DNA of 63,464 bases, counting the filler, from Octopus bimaculoides (lineage: Eukaryota), in the NCBI RefSeq assembly GCF_001194135.2. It is 5 parts of 5 records of this genome, joined end to end, with 100 filler letters (N's around TTAATTAATTAA, not from the genome) between each part and the next. Parts side by side here need not be neighbours in the genome. Positions count along the whole stretch, not along the records: positions 1 to 23,562 come from NC_068988.1; 4 more parts are not named here. One strand, written 5' to 3'. Below, one piece after another: positions 10,299 to 21,980 of this stretch. A program made the position numbers and the translations under genes. The first letter of the stretch is position 1. Every line of letters begins with the position of its first letter. The notes beneath the pieces are model-generated. The model was not told where the DNA came from and made no database searches. It saw only the letters and a list, made by a program, of their open reading frames with translations.

Positions 10299-12311
10299 AT
10301 GAGGAAGAAACTTGGTAAGAGTCCAATTCCTAATGAAAGACAATGTGCTAAGAAAGATGTCTCCTATCAAACAAAAAGGATATCATATGAGTGTGACACT
10401 TGTGGGAAGTCTTTTAAAATAAAAAGATATTTAATTCAACATAAATCTATTCACACGGATTCAGAAGTGTATGAGCATGAAATCTGCAGTAAAAAGTTCT
10501 CTACAAATGAAAATTTATCTGAACACAAATATATTCATACAAGTGAGAAACCATATCACTGTGATATATGTGATAAAATGTTCACTCTAAAACGTCATTT
10601 AACTAAACACAAACGTATTCACTTGAATTTGAGACAAAACCAGTGTGATATTTGTGGTAAAACTTTATCTGTAAATAGCAGTTTATCTAAACACAAACGA
10701 ACTCACACAGGAGAAAAACCATATTGCTGTGATATTTGTGGTAAAGAATTCCTTCAAAATGGAAATTTATTGATCCATAGACGCAGTCACACAGGAGAGA
10801 AGCCATACCATTGTAATATTTGCGGTCAAACTTTCTCTGTTAATAGTTCTTTATCAAGACACAAACGTACTCATACAGGAGAGAAACCATATTGTTGTGG
10901 TATTTGTGGCAAAACATTCCCTGCAAATAGTTCTTTATTTACACACAAACAAATTCACTTGGACAAAAAACCATACCGTTGTGAAATATGTGGTAAAGCT
11001 TTTTCTATTAATTATTCTTTATCTACACATAAACGTATTCATACAGGAGAGAAACCATACCAATGTGATATCTGTGGTAAAACATTTACAGTTAGTAGTA
11101 GTTTATCCACACACAAACGTATTCACACAGGAGAGAAACCATATCATTGTAATATCTGTGATAAAAAATTCTCTGATGGTAGTTCTTTATCGTTACATAA
11201 ACTTAATCACACAGGAGAGAAACCATTTCACTGTGATATTTGCGGCAAAGCTTTTCCTAAAAATAGTAATTTGTTGAGCCATACACGTATTCACACAGGG
11301 GAGAAACCATATCATTGTGATATCTGTGGAAAAGCATTCTCTGTAAATAATAATTTAATGAATCATAGGCGTGTTCATACAGGAGAAAAACCATATCATT
11401 GTGTCGTATGTGGTAAAAATTTCTCTACTAACGATTGTTTATCTAACCACAAACATATTCACACAGGAGAAAAACCATATCACTGTGATATCTGTGGTAA
11501 AGTGTTCTCCAATAAGAGTTATTTTCGGTGCCATAAACTTATTCATACAGGAGAAAAACTTTACCATTGTGATATATGTGGTAAAAAGTTCTCTACAAGT
11601 CAGTATTTGTATAATCACAGACGTATTCATACAGGGTCTAAGCAGTACCATTGTGATATTTGTGGTAATGCATTCTTTCGAAATAGTCATTTATTGAGGC
11701 ATAAACGTACTCATACTGGTGAAAAACCATACCAGTGTGATCTGTGTGGTAAAGCTTTTGCCATAAATGGTCATTTAACTCAACACAAACGTATTCATAC
11801 AAGAGAGAAACCATATGACTGTCAGATATGCGGTATGACATTTGCTCGAAGTTCTACTTTATTGAAACATAGACGCATTCATACAGGAGAAAAACCATAC
11901 CATTGTGATATCTGTGGTAAGACTTTTTCTGATAAGGATTCTGTATCCAGACACAAACGTATCCACACAGAAGGAAAGCAATATCATTGTGATATTTGTG
12001 ATAAAATATTTTGTGGTAGTAATTCATTTTCCTTGCATAAACTTAATCACACAGGAGAGAAACCATACTATTGTGATATTTGTGGTAAAGCATTTCCTAA
12101 AAATAATAATTTGTTGAAACACAAACGTGTTCACACAGGTGAGAAACCTCACCAATGTGATATCTGTGGTAAGACTTTCTCTCAAAAGAGTAACTTAGTG
12201 ACCCATAAACGTATTCATACTGGAGAAAAGCCATACCGTTGTGATACATGTGGTAAAAATTTCTCTCTGAAAGGTAACTTATTGAACCATAGACGTGTTC
12301 ACATCGATTAG
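10299..12311 (+). CDS. C2H2 zinc-finger array protein, 670 aa, 23 fingers (finger 2 degenerate), no recognisable effector domain, coding region in one exon
   Basis: Intact ORF of C-x2-C-x12-H-x3-H repeats with mostly TGEKP linkers; fingers counted by hand. It fits the known coleoid C2H2-ZNF expansion. Confidence 0.97.
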   Translation: MRKKLGKSPIPNERQCAKKDVSYQTKRISYECDTCGKSFKIKRYLIQHKSIHTDSEVYEHEICSKKFSTNENLSEHKYIHTSEKPYHCDICDKMFTLKRHLTKHKRIHLNLRQNQCDICGKTLSVNSSLSKHKRTHTGEKPYCCDICGKEFLQNGNLLIHRRSHTGEKPYHCNICGQTFSVNSSLSRHKRTHTGEKPYCCGICGKTFPANSSLFTHKQIHLDKKPYRCEICGKAFSINYSLSTHKRIHTGEKPYQCDICGKTFTVSSSLSTHKRIHTGEKPYHCNICDKKFSDGSSLSLHKLNHTGEKPFHCDICGKAFPKNSNLLSHTRIHTGEKPYHCDICGKAFSVNNNLMNHRRVHTGEKPYHCVVCGKNFSTNDCLSNHKHIHTGEKPYHCDICGKVFSNKSYFRCHKLIHTGEKLYHCDICGKKFSTSQYLYNHRRIHTGSKQYHCDICGNAFFRNSHLLRHKRTHTGEKPYQCDLCGKAFAINGHLTQHKRIHTREKPYDCQICGMTFARSSTLLKHRRIHTGEKPYHCDICGKTFSDKDSVSRHKRIHTEGKQYHCDICDKIFCGSNSFSLHKLNHTGEKPYYCDICGKAFPKNNNLLKHKRVHTGEKPHQCDICGKTFSQKSNLVTHKRIHTGEKPYRCDTCGKNFSLKGNLLNHRRVHID

Positions 12312-12439
12312 AAATCTAACGTCTTATATATATATATATATATAATATAAATCTATATATATGTATATTTAAAAAAAAATTTTCAAGTTTTTTTAAAGTT
12401 TCTTTTCAAATTAAAAAAAGATCTTATTCATCTTCCACA

Positions 12440-12800
12440 CTTACAAACACCTACATACATTACATGCACTCCCCCATATAATACATACACATCTACTGCA
12501 TGCATAAACCCTTCACACATACACACGCAGACATACAAACTCATACACATACATCGTCACATGCATATATACACACATACCCACACACAGCATCACCAAC
12601 GTACTGATACACTTATCACCTCGCCTCTCACATGCACACACATTCTCACACTCTCATACATACACACAGCAACATTCTTCACCTCACTTCTCACCACTGA
12701 ATTGAATGCCTGCCATTAACCTGCTCATCAACAACACTACTTTATGCATACATAACTCACATAAACAAACACAAGCACACACTGGCCATCTCTGCACTCT
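12440..12800. repeat. CA-rich low-complexity tract downstream of the ZNF stop (probable 3'UTR)
   Basis: Degenerate (CA)/(TACA) repeats. Confidence 0.8.
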
Positions 12801-13084
12801 CCTGTCCCCTAAAAAACAGCTTTTCTATCTCTCTCCACTTCCGGTCACTTTAACCATGTAATCACAAACAGGCTGTTCCTGGACTTTTCCTTTCTCCTTT
12901 TTCTGACGGAGAGCGTTGCTCAAAACAAAAAATAAAAAACAAAAAAACATTCATTTTTTCCACCTTTACTGAGCATCAAGTTTATACATTTTAATATAAA
13001 CATCCTCTTGTTGTTTTGTTATCTTTAATATTTATTAATGTTCAGTTCTTATGTTCAGTTTGACTGTATATACTGAGCCTCAAA

Positions 13085-13350
13085 GAGGTGACCCTTGGCA
13101 ATATGCCATGCTTGAGAAGAAGACCCATCAAGCCAAATGAAATCGTAGTCATGACAGACACTGGGATCACGCAACTGGCATATAAAAGCAGCCATTACAC
13201 TCTTGGAGTGGTTAGCGTTAGGAAGGGTATCCAACTGTAGAAACCATGCCAAATCAGACTGGAGTTTGGTGCTACCTCTAGCTTGCCACCTCTGGTCACA
13301 TTGTCCAACCCATACCAGCATGGACAACGGATCTTAAATGATGGTAATTG
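13085..13350 (+). mobile_element. RTE LINE 3'UTR fragment
   Basis: ggagtggttagcgttaggaagggtatccaactgtagaaacc...gcatggacaacggatcttaaatgatg matches 17940-18095. Confidence 0.85.
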
Positions 13351-13435
13351 TATATGAATGTCTATAATATCTGTAAAAGTTTTTAAAAAACTCCAAATCT
13401 TTGCTAAATTTGTAGGTAAAATATTGTCATATTAA

Positions 13436-13634
13436 CCCTTGAGTATGATCCAAATATTCTTCCTGTTCTGTTCAAACTGGCTAGGTCTGGCCTCTCATGC
13501 CTATCCTACAATGCTATTCTAAAAATAAACAGTCACATCATTGAAATCTTGAAGCTACAAGATAAAGCATGATTAATTTTATACAATGTGAATAAATAAG
13601 CAATATTTTTGACAGTAATCTGTATACTGAAAGG
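13436..13634. mobile_element. piggyBac-like MITE (TTAA TSD, CCCTT termini)
   Basis: TTAA|CCCTT...AAGG|TTAA. Same family as 48928-49136 and 58734-58975. Confidence 0.75.
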
Positions 13635-13789
13635 TTAATGAATAAATAGGCATAAATGCACATACAGATAAATTGTATCTTAGTTGTAGTCCTTCAGTAA
13701 GTCATAATATGATTACTATGTGTGGCTTCACTTAAATTTATTTTTGAAAAATGTATTTAGACCAATTTTTTTCATGTTATTTGCATGTA

Positions 13790-14157
13790 ACTGGCATGTA
13801 AAAAACACCTTTCGAGTGTTGGGCCTCGCAGGCAAAGTGGCTGATGCCTGTAGCATGTGAAAAGCACCTTTCAAGTGTTGGGCCTCACTGAGGCAATGAT
13901 GAATGACTGATATCTTTGGCTGGCATTATGTAGCGCTTGAGAAGACTCGAGCCAAATAAAATCGCAATTGTGCGAGATACTGGAGTCATGCAAATGGCAC
14001 CAATGCCAGTGATACTTAACCACTTTCAAAGTGGTTGGCGTTAGGAACCATGCCAAATCAAACTGGAGTCTGGTGCAGCCTTCCAGCCAGCCAGCCTTGG
14101 TCAACCCGTCCAACCAATGCCATCTTGAACAACGGACATTAAATGATGATGATGATG
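13790..14157 (+). mobile_element. RTE LINE 3'UTR fragment with (GAT)n tail
   Basis: Two degenerate tandem units, then ggttggcgttagga...ggacattaaatgatgatgatgatg. Confidence 0.85.
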
Positions 14158-14482
14158 AAAGTGTTTTAAATACTTTCCACTTTTGTTGTTAAGGAGAAAA
14201 TAATAAAATAACCAGCTGTATTTCTCAACACATTACCTTGCTAAAGTTGTGTAAGACCTGTCAACTCTGATCCAGGAATCCTATGACACGCTGGAAGATG
14301 GTTAGTTGATTACATGGATCCATTCCTCTGCCTCGCTGAAGGGTCTTGTGAGAATTGAAAATGGTAATGGGGACAAATTGCCATGTTTAATAAAATCAAA
14401 ATTATTTTCAAACATGTTCAACATCATAGTGAGGAAGAAGTGTTATATGGTTGCAAACTCCAGTTTATCTTCTAATTATTGG

Positions 14483-14660
14483 TAGTGAGCTGGCAGAATC
14501 ATTAGCATGCTGAGCAAAATACTGTCCTTACAGTCTGTTCTCAAATTCTTTCATTCTTTCAGGGTCAATGAAATAAGTAGCAATTGAGCATTAGGCTCAA
14601 TGTATCAACTTATCCCCTCCCCCAAAGCTGCTGGCTTTGTACCAAAATTTAGAACCGATT
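14483..14660 (+). mobile_element. SINE family B fragment
   Basis: ggtagtgagctggcagaatcattagcatgc...ttcagggtcaatgaaataagta...ccaaaatttagaacc. Confidence 0.75.
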
Positions 14661-15054
14661 TTCGATTGATCTTCACATTTTATTTTATTTCTCTTTTCTT
14701 TAACTTGCAAGTTACATCAAGTCATTATGTAGCTGATAAAAATGATTTAATGAATTACTTGAAGATTATTTGTTACTGTCTAGATAATGAAAACAACAGA
14801 CTGACTATATCACCAACTGACTGAGTAAGCAATCAATTATTTGGTTGATTGGTTAATAACTTGTTTTATAAAATTTTAATATAAGGTATAATTCTTTTGA
14901 AAATTAGTATTCATTTTGTAATAAACACCAAAATATTTAATAGAAGTGAAGTTATAATAATTGTCTGTATGCCATATTTTCTGTTACCCATGGTGTCAAA
15001 AGTGCTTCCGAAGTTACCTGTCATATGACAGATGCTCTAATGCATATATATTCA

Positions 15055-15428
15055 TGGTATTCCGTTGGTTACGACGACGAGGGGATCTAGTTGATCCGAT
15101 CAATGTAACAGCCTGCTTGTGAAATTAACATGCAAGTGATTGAACACTCCACAGACACATGTACTCTTAATGTAGTAGTTCTTGGGGAGATTCAGTGTGA
15201 CAAGACTGGCTTTTTGAAATACTGGTACAACAGAAACAGTAAGAAAGACTGAGAGAATGTTGTGGTGAAAGACTGCAGCAGGGTTTGCCACCCCCCCCCT
15301 GCAGGAGCCTCGTGGGCCTTTAGGTGTTTTCGCTCAGTAAACACTAACAACACCTGGTCTGGGAATTGAAGCCATGATCCTATGACTGTGAGTCTGCTGC
15401 CCTAACCACTGGGTCATTGCACCTCCAC
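15055..15428 (-). mobile_element. tRNA-derived SINE family C
   Basis: The minus-strand head GTGGAGGTGCAATGACCCAGTGGTTAGGGCAGC...TTCAATTCCC has A- and B-box-like motifs. It is collinear with 23126-23490. Confidence 0.9.
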
Positions 15429-15884
15429 TGCTTGGGTGGGGTAATCTCCCACTCCACAGCAGTGGCCTTATTTTTCGTTATATTCTCTGCCCTGAGAACA
15501 AAATGTCCACCTAAAATAAATACAACAAAAATTCTAAACACAGGCAAAAAGAGAAAACAGTTAAAAAAAAGCAGACGAAATAAAAATAATAGTTCATACC
15601 AAAAAAGTTCATAAAAGAAAGAGAAAGGAAAGACAACAGTTCAGAAAGAGTAAATAAAAATATACGGTTCCAGGCCACAATGGTACTCCAGCCCAATTTG
15701 ATCCTAGCTCCATTGCAGCCGTCACTTTGCTGGTAAAATCCAATCCTTTGCCCAGTTCCATGTGGTGAAATACAAAACGAGAGGAAGACTTTTCTTCAAA
15801 TTAGTAGTTTTCAAAACTTAGTTTGAAAACAATAAATTTTTCTTTAGAGTGTGTTTTCTTTCTGGATCTGTTTTTCTGAAAACG

Positions 15885-18095
15885 ATTCTGGCAGTGTTGG
15901 CTACAGCCTAGTCACCTGTATTACGAACCAGGTGTTACATGAAGGAGTCATACCCAATGACTGGTGTAGCAGCACNNNNNNNNNNNNNNNNNNNNNNNNN
16001 NNNNNNNNNNNNNNNNNNNNNNNNNNNNNNNNNNNNNNNNNNNNNNNNNNNNNNNNNNNNNNNNNNNNNNNNNNNNNNNNNNNNNNNNNNNNNNNNNNNN
16101 NNNNNNNNNNNNNNNNNNNNNNNNNNNNNNNNNNNNNNNNNNNNNNNNNNNNNNNNNNNNNNNNNNNNNNNNNNNNNNNNNNNNNNNNNNNNNNNNNNNN
16201 NNNNNNNNNNNNNNNNNNNNNNNNNNNNNNNNNNNNNNNNNNNNNNNNNNNNNNNNNNNNNNNNNNNNNNNNNNNNNNNNNNNNNNNNNNNNNNNNNNNN
16301 NNNNNNNNNNNNNNNNNNNNNNNNNNNNNNNNNNNNNNNNNNNNNNNNNNNNNNNNNNNNNNNNNTTAGTGAGAGCTGTGCGAGCCATGTACAGAGACGC
16401 TGCCAGTAAGGTGAGGGTTGGAAATGAGTACAGCAATGAATTCCGGGTAGAGGTGGGGGTCCACCAAGGTTCCATCCTCAGCCCCCTCCTATTTATCATA
16501 GTCCTCCAGGCGATCACAGAGGAGTTCAAGACAGGTTGCCCCTGGGAGCTCCTCTATACTGATGACCTTGCACTAATTGCAGAGTCACTATCAGAACTAG
16601 AGGAGAAGTTTCAGGTGTGGAAGCAAGGACTAGAATCGAAGGGCCTTAGAGTCAACCTAGCTAAAACCAAAATCCTAATAAGTAGGAACGTAGATAAAAC
16701 ACAAACCCCTTCAGGTAGATGGCCCTGCTTAGTAGGTAGGAACTCTATAAGATTACCCAGTGCAAGCTATGGACACATAAGAAGTGCAGCAATATCAAAG
16801 GCAGGTTAACTAGGAAGTTAATTTTTGTATGTGGCAGATGTTCAGGTGCAATAAAGACTGTAAACAAACAGGAAACAACAACTATCTCATTCCAGGGTGA
16901 AAAACTAGAGGTAGTCGATAGCTTCCGCTATCTGGGTGACCAAGTTAGTAGTAGGGGTATGTGTGCTGAAAGTGTAGCCGCTAGAATAAGAATAGCCTGG
17001 GCAAAGTTTAGAGAGCTCTTACCTCTGCTGGCGACAAAGGGACTCTCACTCAGAGTAAAAGACAGACTGTATGACGCATGTGTACGAACAGCCATGCTAC
17101 ATAGCAGTGAAACATGGGCTGTAACTGCTGAGGACATNNNNNNNNNNNNNNNNNNNNNNNNNNNNNNNNNNNNNNNNNNNNNNNNNNNNNNNNNNNNNNN
17201 NNNNNNNNNNNNNNNNNNNNNNNNNNNNNNNNNNNNNNNNNNNNNNNNNNNNNNNNNNNNNNNNNNNNNNNNNNNNNNNNNNNNNNNNNNNNNNNNNNNN
17301 NNNNNNNNNNNNNNNNNNNNNNNNNNNNNNNNNNNNNNNNNNNNNNNNNNNNNNNNNNNNNNNNNNNNNNNNNNNNNNNNNNNNNNNNNNNNNNNNNNNN
17401 NNNNNNNNNNNNNNNNNNNNNNNNNNNNNNNNNNNNNNNNNNNNNNNNNNNNNNNNNNNNNNNNNNNNNNNNNNNNNNNNNNNNNNNNNNNNNNNNNNNN
17501 NNNNNNNNNNNNNNNNNNNNNNNNNNNNNNNNNNNNNNNNNNNNNNNNNNNNNNNNNNNNNNNNNNNNNNNNNNNNNNNNNNNNNNNNNNNNNNNNNNNN
17601 NNNNNNNNNNNNNNNNNNNNNNNNNNNNNNNNNNNNNNNNNNNNNNNNNNNNNNNNNNNNNNNNNNNNNNNNNNNNNNNNNNNNNNNNNNNNNNNNNNNN
17701 NNNNNNNNNNNNNNNNNNNNNNNNNNNNNNNNNNNNNNNNNNNNNNNTGAGCGTGGCCGTTGCCAGTACTGCCTGACTGGCCTTCGTAGGATTTTCGAGT
17801 GAGATCGTTGCCAGTACCCCTGGACTGGCTCTTGTGCGGGTGGCACATAAAAGACACTATTTCGAGCGTGGCCGTTGCCAGTACCGCCTGACTGGCCTTC
17901 GTGCGGGTGACACGTAAAAGCACCCACTACACTCTCTGAGTGGTTGGTGTTAGGAAGGGCATCCAGCTGTAGAAACTCTGCCAAATTAGATTGGAGCCTG
18001 GTGTTGCCATCCGGTTTCACCAGTCCTCAGTCAAATCGTCCAACCCATGCTAGCATGGAAAGCGGACGTTAAACGATGAAGATGATGATGATGAT
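15885..18095 (+). mobile_element. 5'-truncated RTE-clade LINE (RT, C-terminal region, 3'UTR, (GAT)n tail), with two N gaps
   Basis: Translates to IPNDWCSS, VGVHQGSILSPLLF, ELLYTDDL (YADD to YTDD), GLRVNLAKTK and MLHSSETWA. Frameshifted near 16730. Ends in ggacgttaaacgatgaagatgatgat. Confidence 0.95.
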
Positions 18096-18117
18096 CTATC
18101 TATCTACATATAATCCA

Positions 18118-18179
18118 GCATTCTTTTGGTATATCCCTCAGAGTTGTCATAAACTCTGAGGAGTATACCGAAAGAATGC
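18118..18179. other. 62-nt hairpin (28-bp stem, 6-nt loop)
   Basis: GCATTCTTTTGGTATATCCCTCAGAGTT-GTCATA-AACTCTGAGGAGTATACCGAAAGAATGC. On the plus strand it has two G:U pairs and one mismatch. Confidence 0.85.
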
Positions 18180-18280
18180 CTAGAATCCTAATCAAAGGCG
18201 CTTGAAATATAAAGAATATACATGTCCAAAAAAGTTGTGACATTTCTGAATACCTATAAAAGAGTGTATGTGTGTGTGAA

Positions 18281-18311
<31 letters not shown>

Positions 18312-18651
18312 TTAAAATGTATTAAAAATGAATCTAATTACCTCCGCATATACATAAAGAAAAATAGACATGAATTAGTTAAAATAGAGTTATGTCCCTT
18401 TATAATAGATTAAATAGCGACAGATTATTCAGGTTCTTTACGTTCCAAGTTTTATCTGTACTTCTGAAAGTAGGGCTAATTAATGTAGAATCGCACCCAT
18501 CCTTGAAGAATACAATTTAAAAAAAAAATTTTCTGATACCAATATTTTAGGTGTCAGAGACGACGAATATGTCAAAACAAAAACCCAGCTTTTCAAATTT
18601 GACCCCCACTCCCTTCCCCCAATTTTTTTTAAAAACCCACCTTTTCCAAGT

Positions 18652-18997
18652 TTACTCGTTTCAGTCATTTGACTGTGGCCATGCTGGAGCACCGCCTTTA
18701 GTCGAGCAAATCGACCCCAGGACTTATTCTTTGGATGCCTAGTACTTATTCTATCAGTCTCTTTTGCCGAACCGCTAAGTTACGGGGACGTAAACACACC
18801 AGCATCGGTTGTCAAGCAATGTTGGAGGGGGGGACAAACACAGACACATAAACATATATATAACAGGCTTCTTTCAGTTTCCGTCTACCAAATCCACTCA
18901 CAAGGCAGTGGTCGGCCCGAGGCTATAATAGAAGACACTTGCCCAAGGTGCCACGCAGTGGGACTGAACCCAGAACCATGTGGTTGGTAAGCAAGCT
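18652..18997 (-). mobile_element. SINE family A, low-divergence copy, head truncated by a gap
   Basis: Near-identical to 60525-60890. Confidence 0.92.
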
Positions 18998-19699
18998 NNN
19001 NNNNNNNNNNNNNNNNNNNNNNNNNNNNNNNNNNNNNNNNNNNNNNNNNNNNNNNNNNNNNNNNNNNNNNNNNNNNNNNNNNNNNNNNNNNNNNNNNNNN
19101 NNNNNNNNNNNNNNNNNNNNNNNNNNNNNNNNNNNNNNNNNNNNNNNNNNNNNNNNNNNNNNNNNNNNNNNNNNNNNNNNNNNNNNNNNNNNNNNNNNNN
19201 NNNNNNNNNNNNNNNNNNNNNNNNNNNNNNNNNNNNNNNNNNNNNNNNNNNNNNNNNNNNNNNNNNNNNNNNNNNNNNNNNNNNNNNNNNNNNNNNNNNN
19301 NNNNNNNNNNNNNNNNNNNNNNNNNNNNNNNNNNNNNNNNNNNNNNNNNNNNNNNNNNNNNNNNNNNNNNNNNNNNNNNNNNNNNNNNNNNNNNNNNNNN
19401 NNNNNNNNNNNNNNNNNNNNNNNNNNNNNNNNNNNNNNNNNNNNNNNNNNNNNNNNNNNNNNNNNNNNNNNNNNNNNNNNNNNNNNNNNNNNNNNNNNNN
19501 NNNNNNNNNNNNNNNNNNNNNNNNNNNNNNNNNNNNNNNNNNNNNNNCTTGTGTACCCACCCATAAAATTTTTTTTTTAAATATTACACATGGTGGAAAA
19601 TTCATTTCCTACCATGTCTTATAATAATAATGAGAAAGTCATAAAGATTAAGAATTTCTATTAAAAAAACTTTATTTCTGTATTATGTATATTCGTCCT

Positions 19700-20437
19700 A
19701 ACTTTCAGGAAAATGGATATTTTTTAGTGAAATTGTCTACAAATACACCTTCAACTATGTACATTCCGAGCATATAGGTATTTTTGGAGAAAACAATTGG
19801 GGGTTATTTCTGAGAACTGTTCCCCACTCGGGGGTGTTTTGGAACAAGTCATCCATATTTGTTTCATTTTCTGTTTTGTGCGTTTCTGCATTCGTAGATT
19901 TCTACTTAAGCAACAGGCAAATGAAATATGTGTGTATGTAAAGAATCTTAAAAGGTACTTTCATGTGAGAAAAAATTTCATATGGATATAGACGCCTTTT
20001 TCTTGATTTTCCAATACGCATTTCGGACATTTTTGGAAAAAGTCACCTTATTAAAACTTAATATTCAGTTGTAACTATTTCAAATAAAAAAGAATTTCTA
20101 AAGGTACTTTCATTTTTTATATTCTTCTCTGGCGGCATAACTACAGATTTCTGCTCCACTGACTTTGGATGATCATAACTTTCTATGAATATGCTCCCCA
20201 CCCCAATTTTTAATTTTTCCCCAAAATTTTACAGCTACAGTTAAGGGTTATATATGGATGCACAAACACACAAAACAAAGAAAATGGGCCAAATATGGAC
20301 GACTTGTTCCTAAACCCTCCTGAGTTGGGAACAGCTTTCAAAAATAACCCCCAAATCCTATATGCTCGGAATCTACATAATCCGAGGTATATATTTGTAG
20401 ACAATTTCATTAAAAAATATTCATTTCTCTGAAAATT
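19700..20437. mobile_element. Foldback or long-TIR element (~190-bp imperfect inverted arms)
   Basis: 19700-19893 aligns to the reverse complement of 20254-20437 (shared tgaaattgtctacaaata, ttccgagcatatagg, gggggttattt, ggaacaagtc.tccatatttg). Confidence 0.8.
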
Positions 20438-21657
20438 ATGATCATCCAAATTCGGATGAAGTGGGTGCAGAAATCTAATAAACAAGGACAGTCTCTCAAG
20501 GTTGTTGGACTTCACCTTGCTTTTCTCACAGGCAGTTATATGTAGGATGTTCGCGAGTTGGAAGTCCTCAAAATTTTTTCATTTATACACCAATTAAAGG
20601 ACACACTCAAAGCATCGTATAATTAGAAGCTCTAGATAATTAAACTGTGATTGATTGCCGGATTTGTTTCAATACATTTGTTTATACTGACGTCATCTGA
20701 TAGAATTTTTGTTAAATGTACTTATTAACAGGAGAGGAGCGCCAACAGGCTGGTTCTTCTCAAATTTATGCATTTTCAGGTCAATGTGTTTCAAATAAGT
20801 GCTGATAAATGAAGGTCACTGCAAAGACAAAGAACTACTTGTTTTTTTTTGCTAACAATTTTAACAGTGAGAACACTGGAAAAAATGTTATTGACATCAA
20901 TAGTTTGTACCTCAGCTAATTACTGTTGAGAACTGCATAATCCGTTTCATTTTACTTAGAGATTTAAAAGGAATAATTAAATTTCATTATTTTCAATAAC
21001 ATTGGAAACACCGGGTTATCTATACATATAAATTTGACATGGGCGATTCTTTCTTGTCTTGGGATTCATCGTCAAATGGCTGGGTGGAAGTGCGCGAAAA
21101 ATTGCACAGATGTGTAGAATAATCATGTGTTGCTGGGCTTTGTATTTTTTCATAGCTCCCATGGTTACCGAGATAACCTACTACAATAATACTCTTGTGT
21201 TTATGAATGAGAAAGGAAGGGGTGATGTCATACTTGGTAGTGGGATGATGAAAATTGTACACTGAAAAAATAAATCAAACAGCGTTTCAACTCTGTGAAT
21301 ATATGTGTGTGTGCACACACAATGGAAGTGGGATGGTTCATCTTTGTTCGCTTAGTATTTGGGTTTATTCTTTGATTTGGTTGAATCTTGGTTGTTTTTT
21401 GTTTTTGTTGGTCAGTTATTTTTAGCGTTTTGACAGGAAAAAGTCATTCTAAAATTGTTTTTTAACATAAGCGTGCCCAAACAAGTTGAATGCTTACATG
21501 GAACTGGTTTTACAGCCACATCATCCAAATCGACCGGGCTTAGCTGCTAGTTAACATATAAAGTCGGTATCTAAGCTACTTGGAGGTAAGACCTGCATAG
21601 TCCATGATTCATGTTAGAGATCTAAAAGGCATTTTTGAATTTCATTAGTTCTTTAAC

Positions 21658-21685
21658 ATGGGCAACGCCGGATATTTCTGCTAGT
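21658..21685 (+). mobile_element. Possible Helitron 3' terminus
   Basis: GGGCAACGCCGGATATTTCTGCTAG|T: a GC-rich subterminal motif followed by CTAG-T. Confidence 0.4.
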
Positions 21686-21980
21686 TATACATAAATAGAT
21701 ATGAATTAGTTAAAATGGAGTTCCTTTTAATAGCCCAAGATTATTCCGGTTCTTTACGTTCTGAGTTTAACTCGCACTTCTTGAAGTTGCTGTCCTTGTG
21801 TCTAATTTTAAAATAATTATTTCTTCTAGTTCTTTGCGTCCTGAGTTCAAATCCTAATGAGCTCAACTTTGCCCTTTATCCATTTGGAGCCGGGTCCATT
21901 CAATCAACTAATTGCCTTCAACAATATTTCAGGCCTAATATATATGTAACACACTGACCAGGTCAATTTCTATTTATTAT

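Noticed and set aside
10897-12117. Alternative-frame and antisense ORFs inside the ZNF gene
   Set aside because: They are shadow ORFs caused by the repetitive codon structure of the finger array.
14238-14345. Exon-like segment with good splice signals on both strands (e.g. minus-strand RPFSEAEEWIHVIN*)
   Set aside because: All frames contain stops and no partner exon was identified, so there is not enough support.
18121-18143. Similarity of the hairpin 5' arm to miR-9 (TCTTTGGTTAT…)
   Set aside because: The seed is shifted by an extra T and the rest differs, so it is not called miR-9.
21040-21265. Short plus-strand ORFs near the putative Helitron end (possible captured gene fragment)
   Set aside because: No recognisable homology, and the Helitron boundaries are not established.
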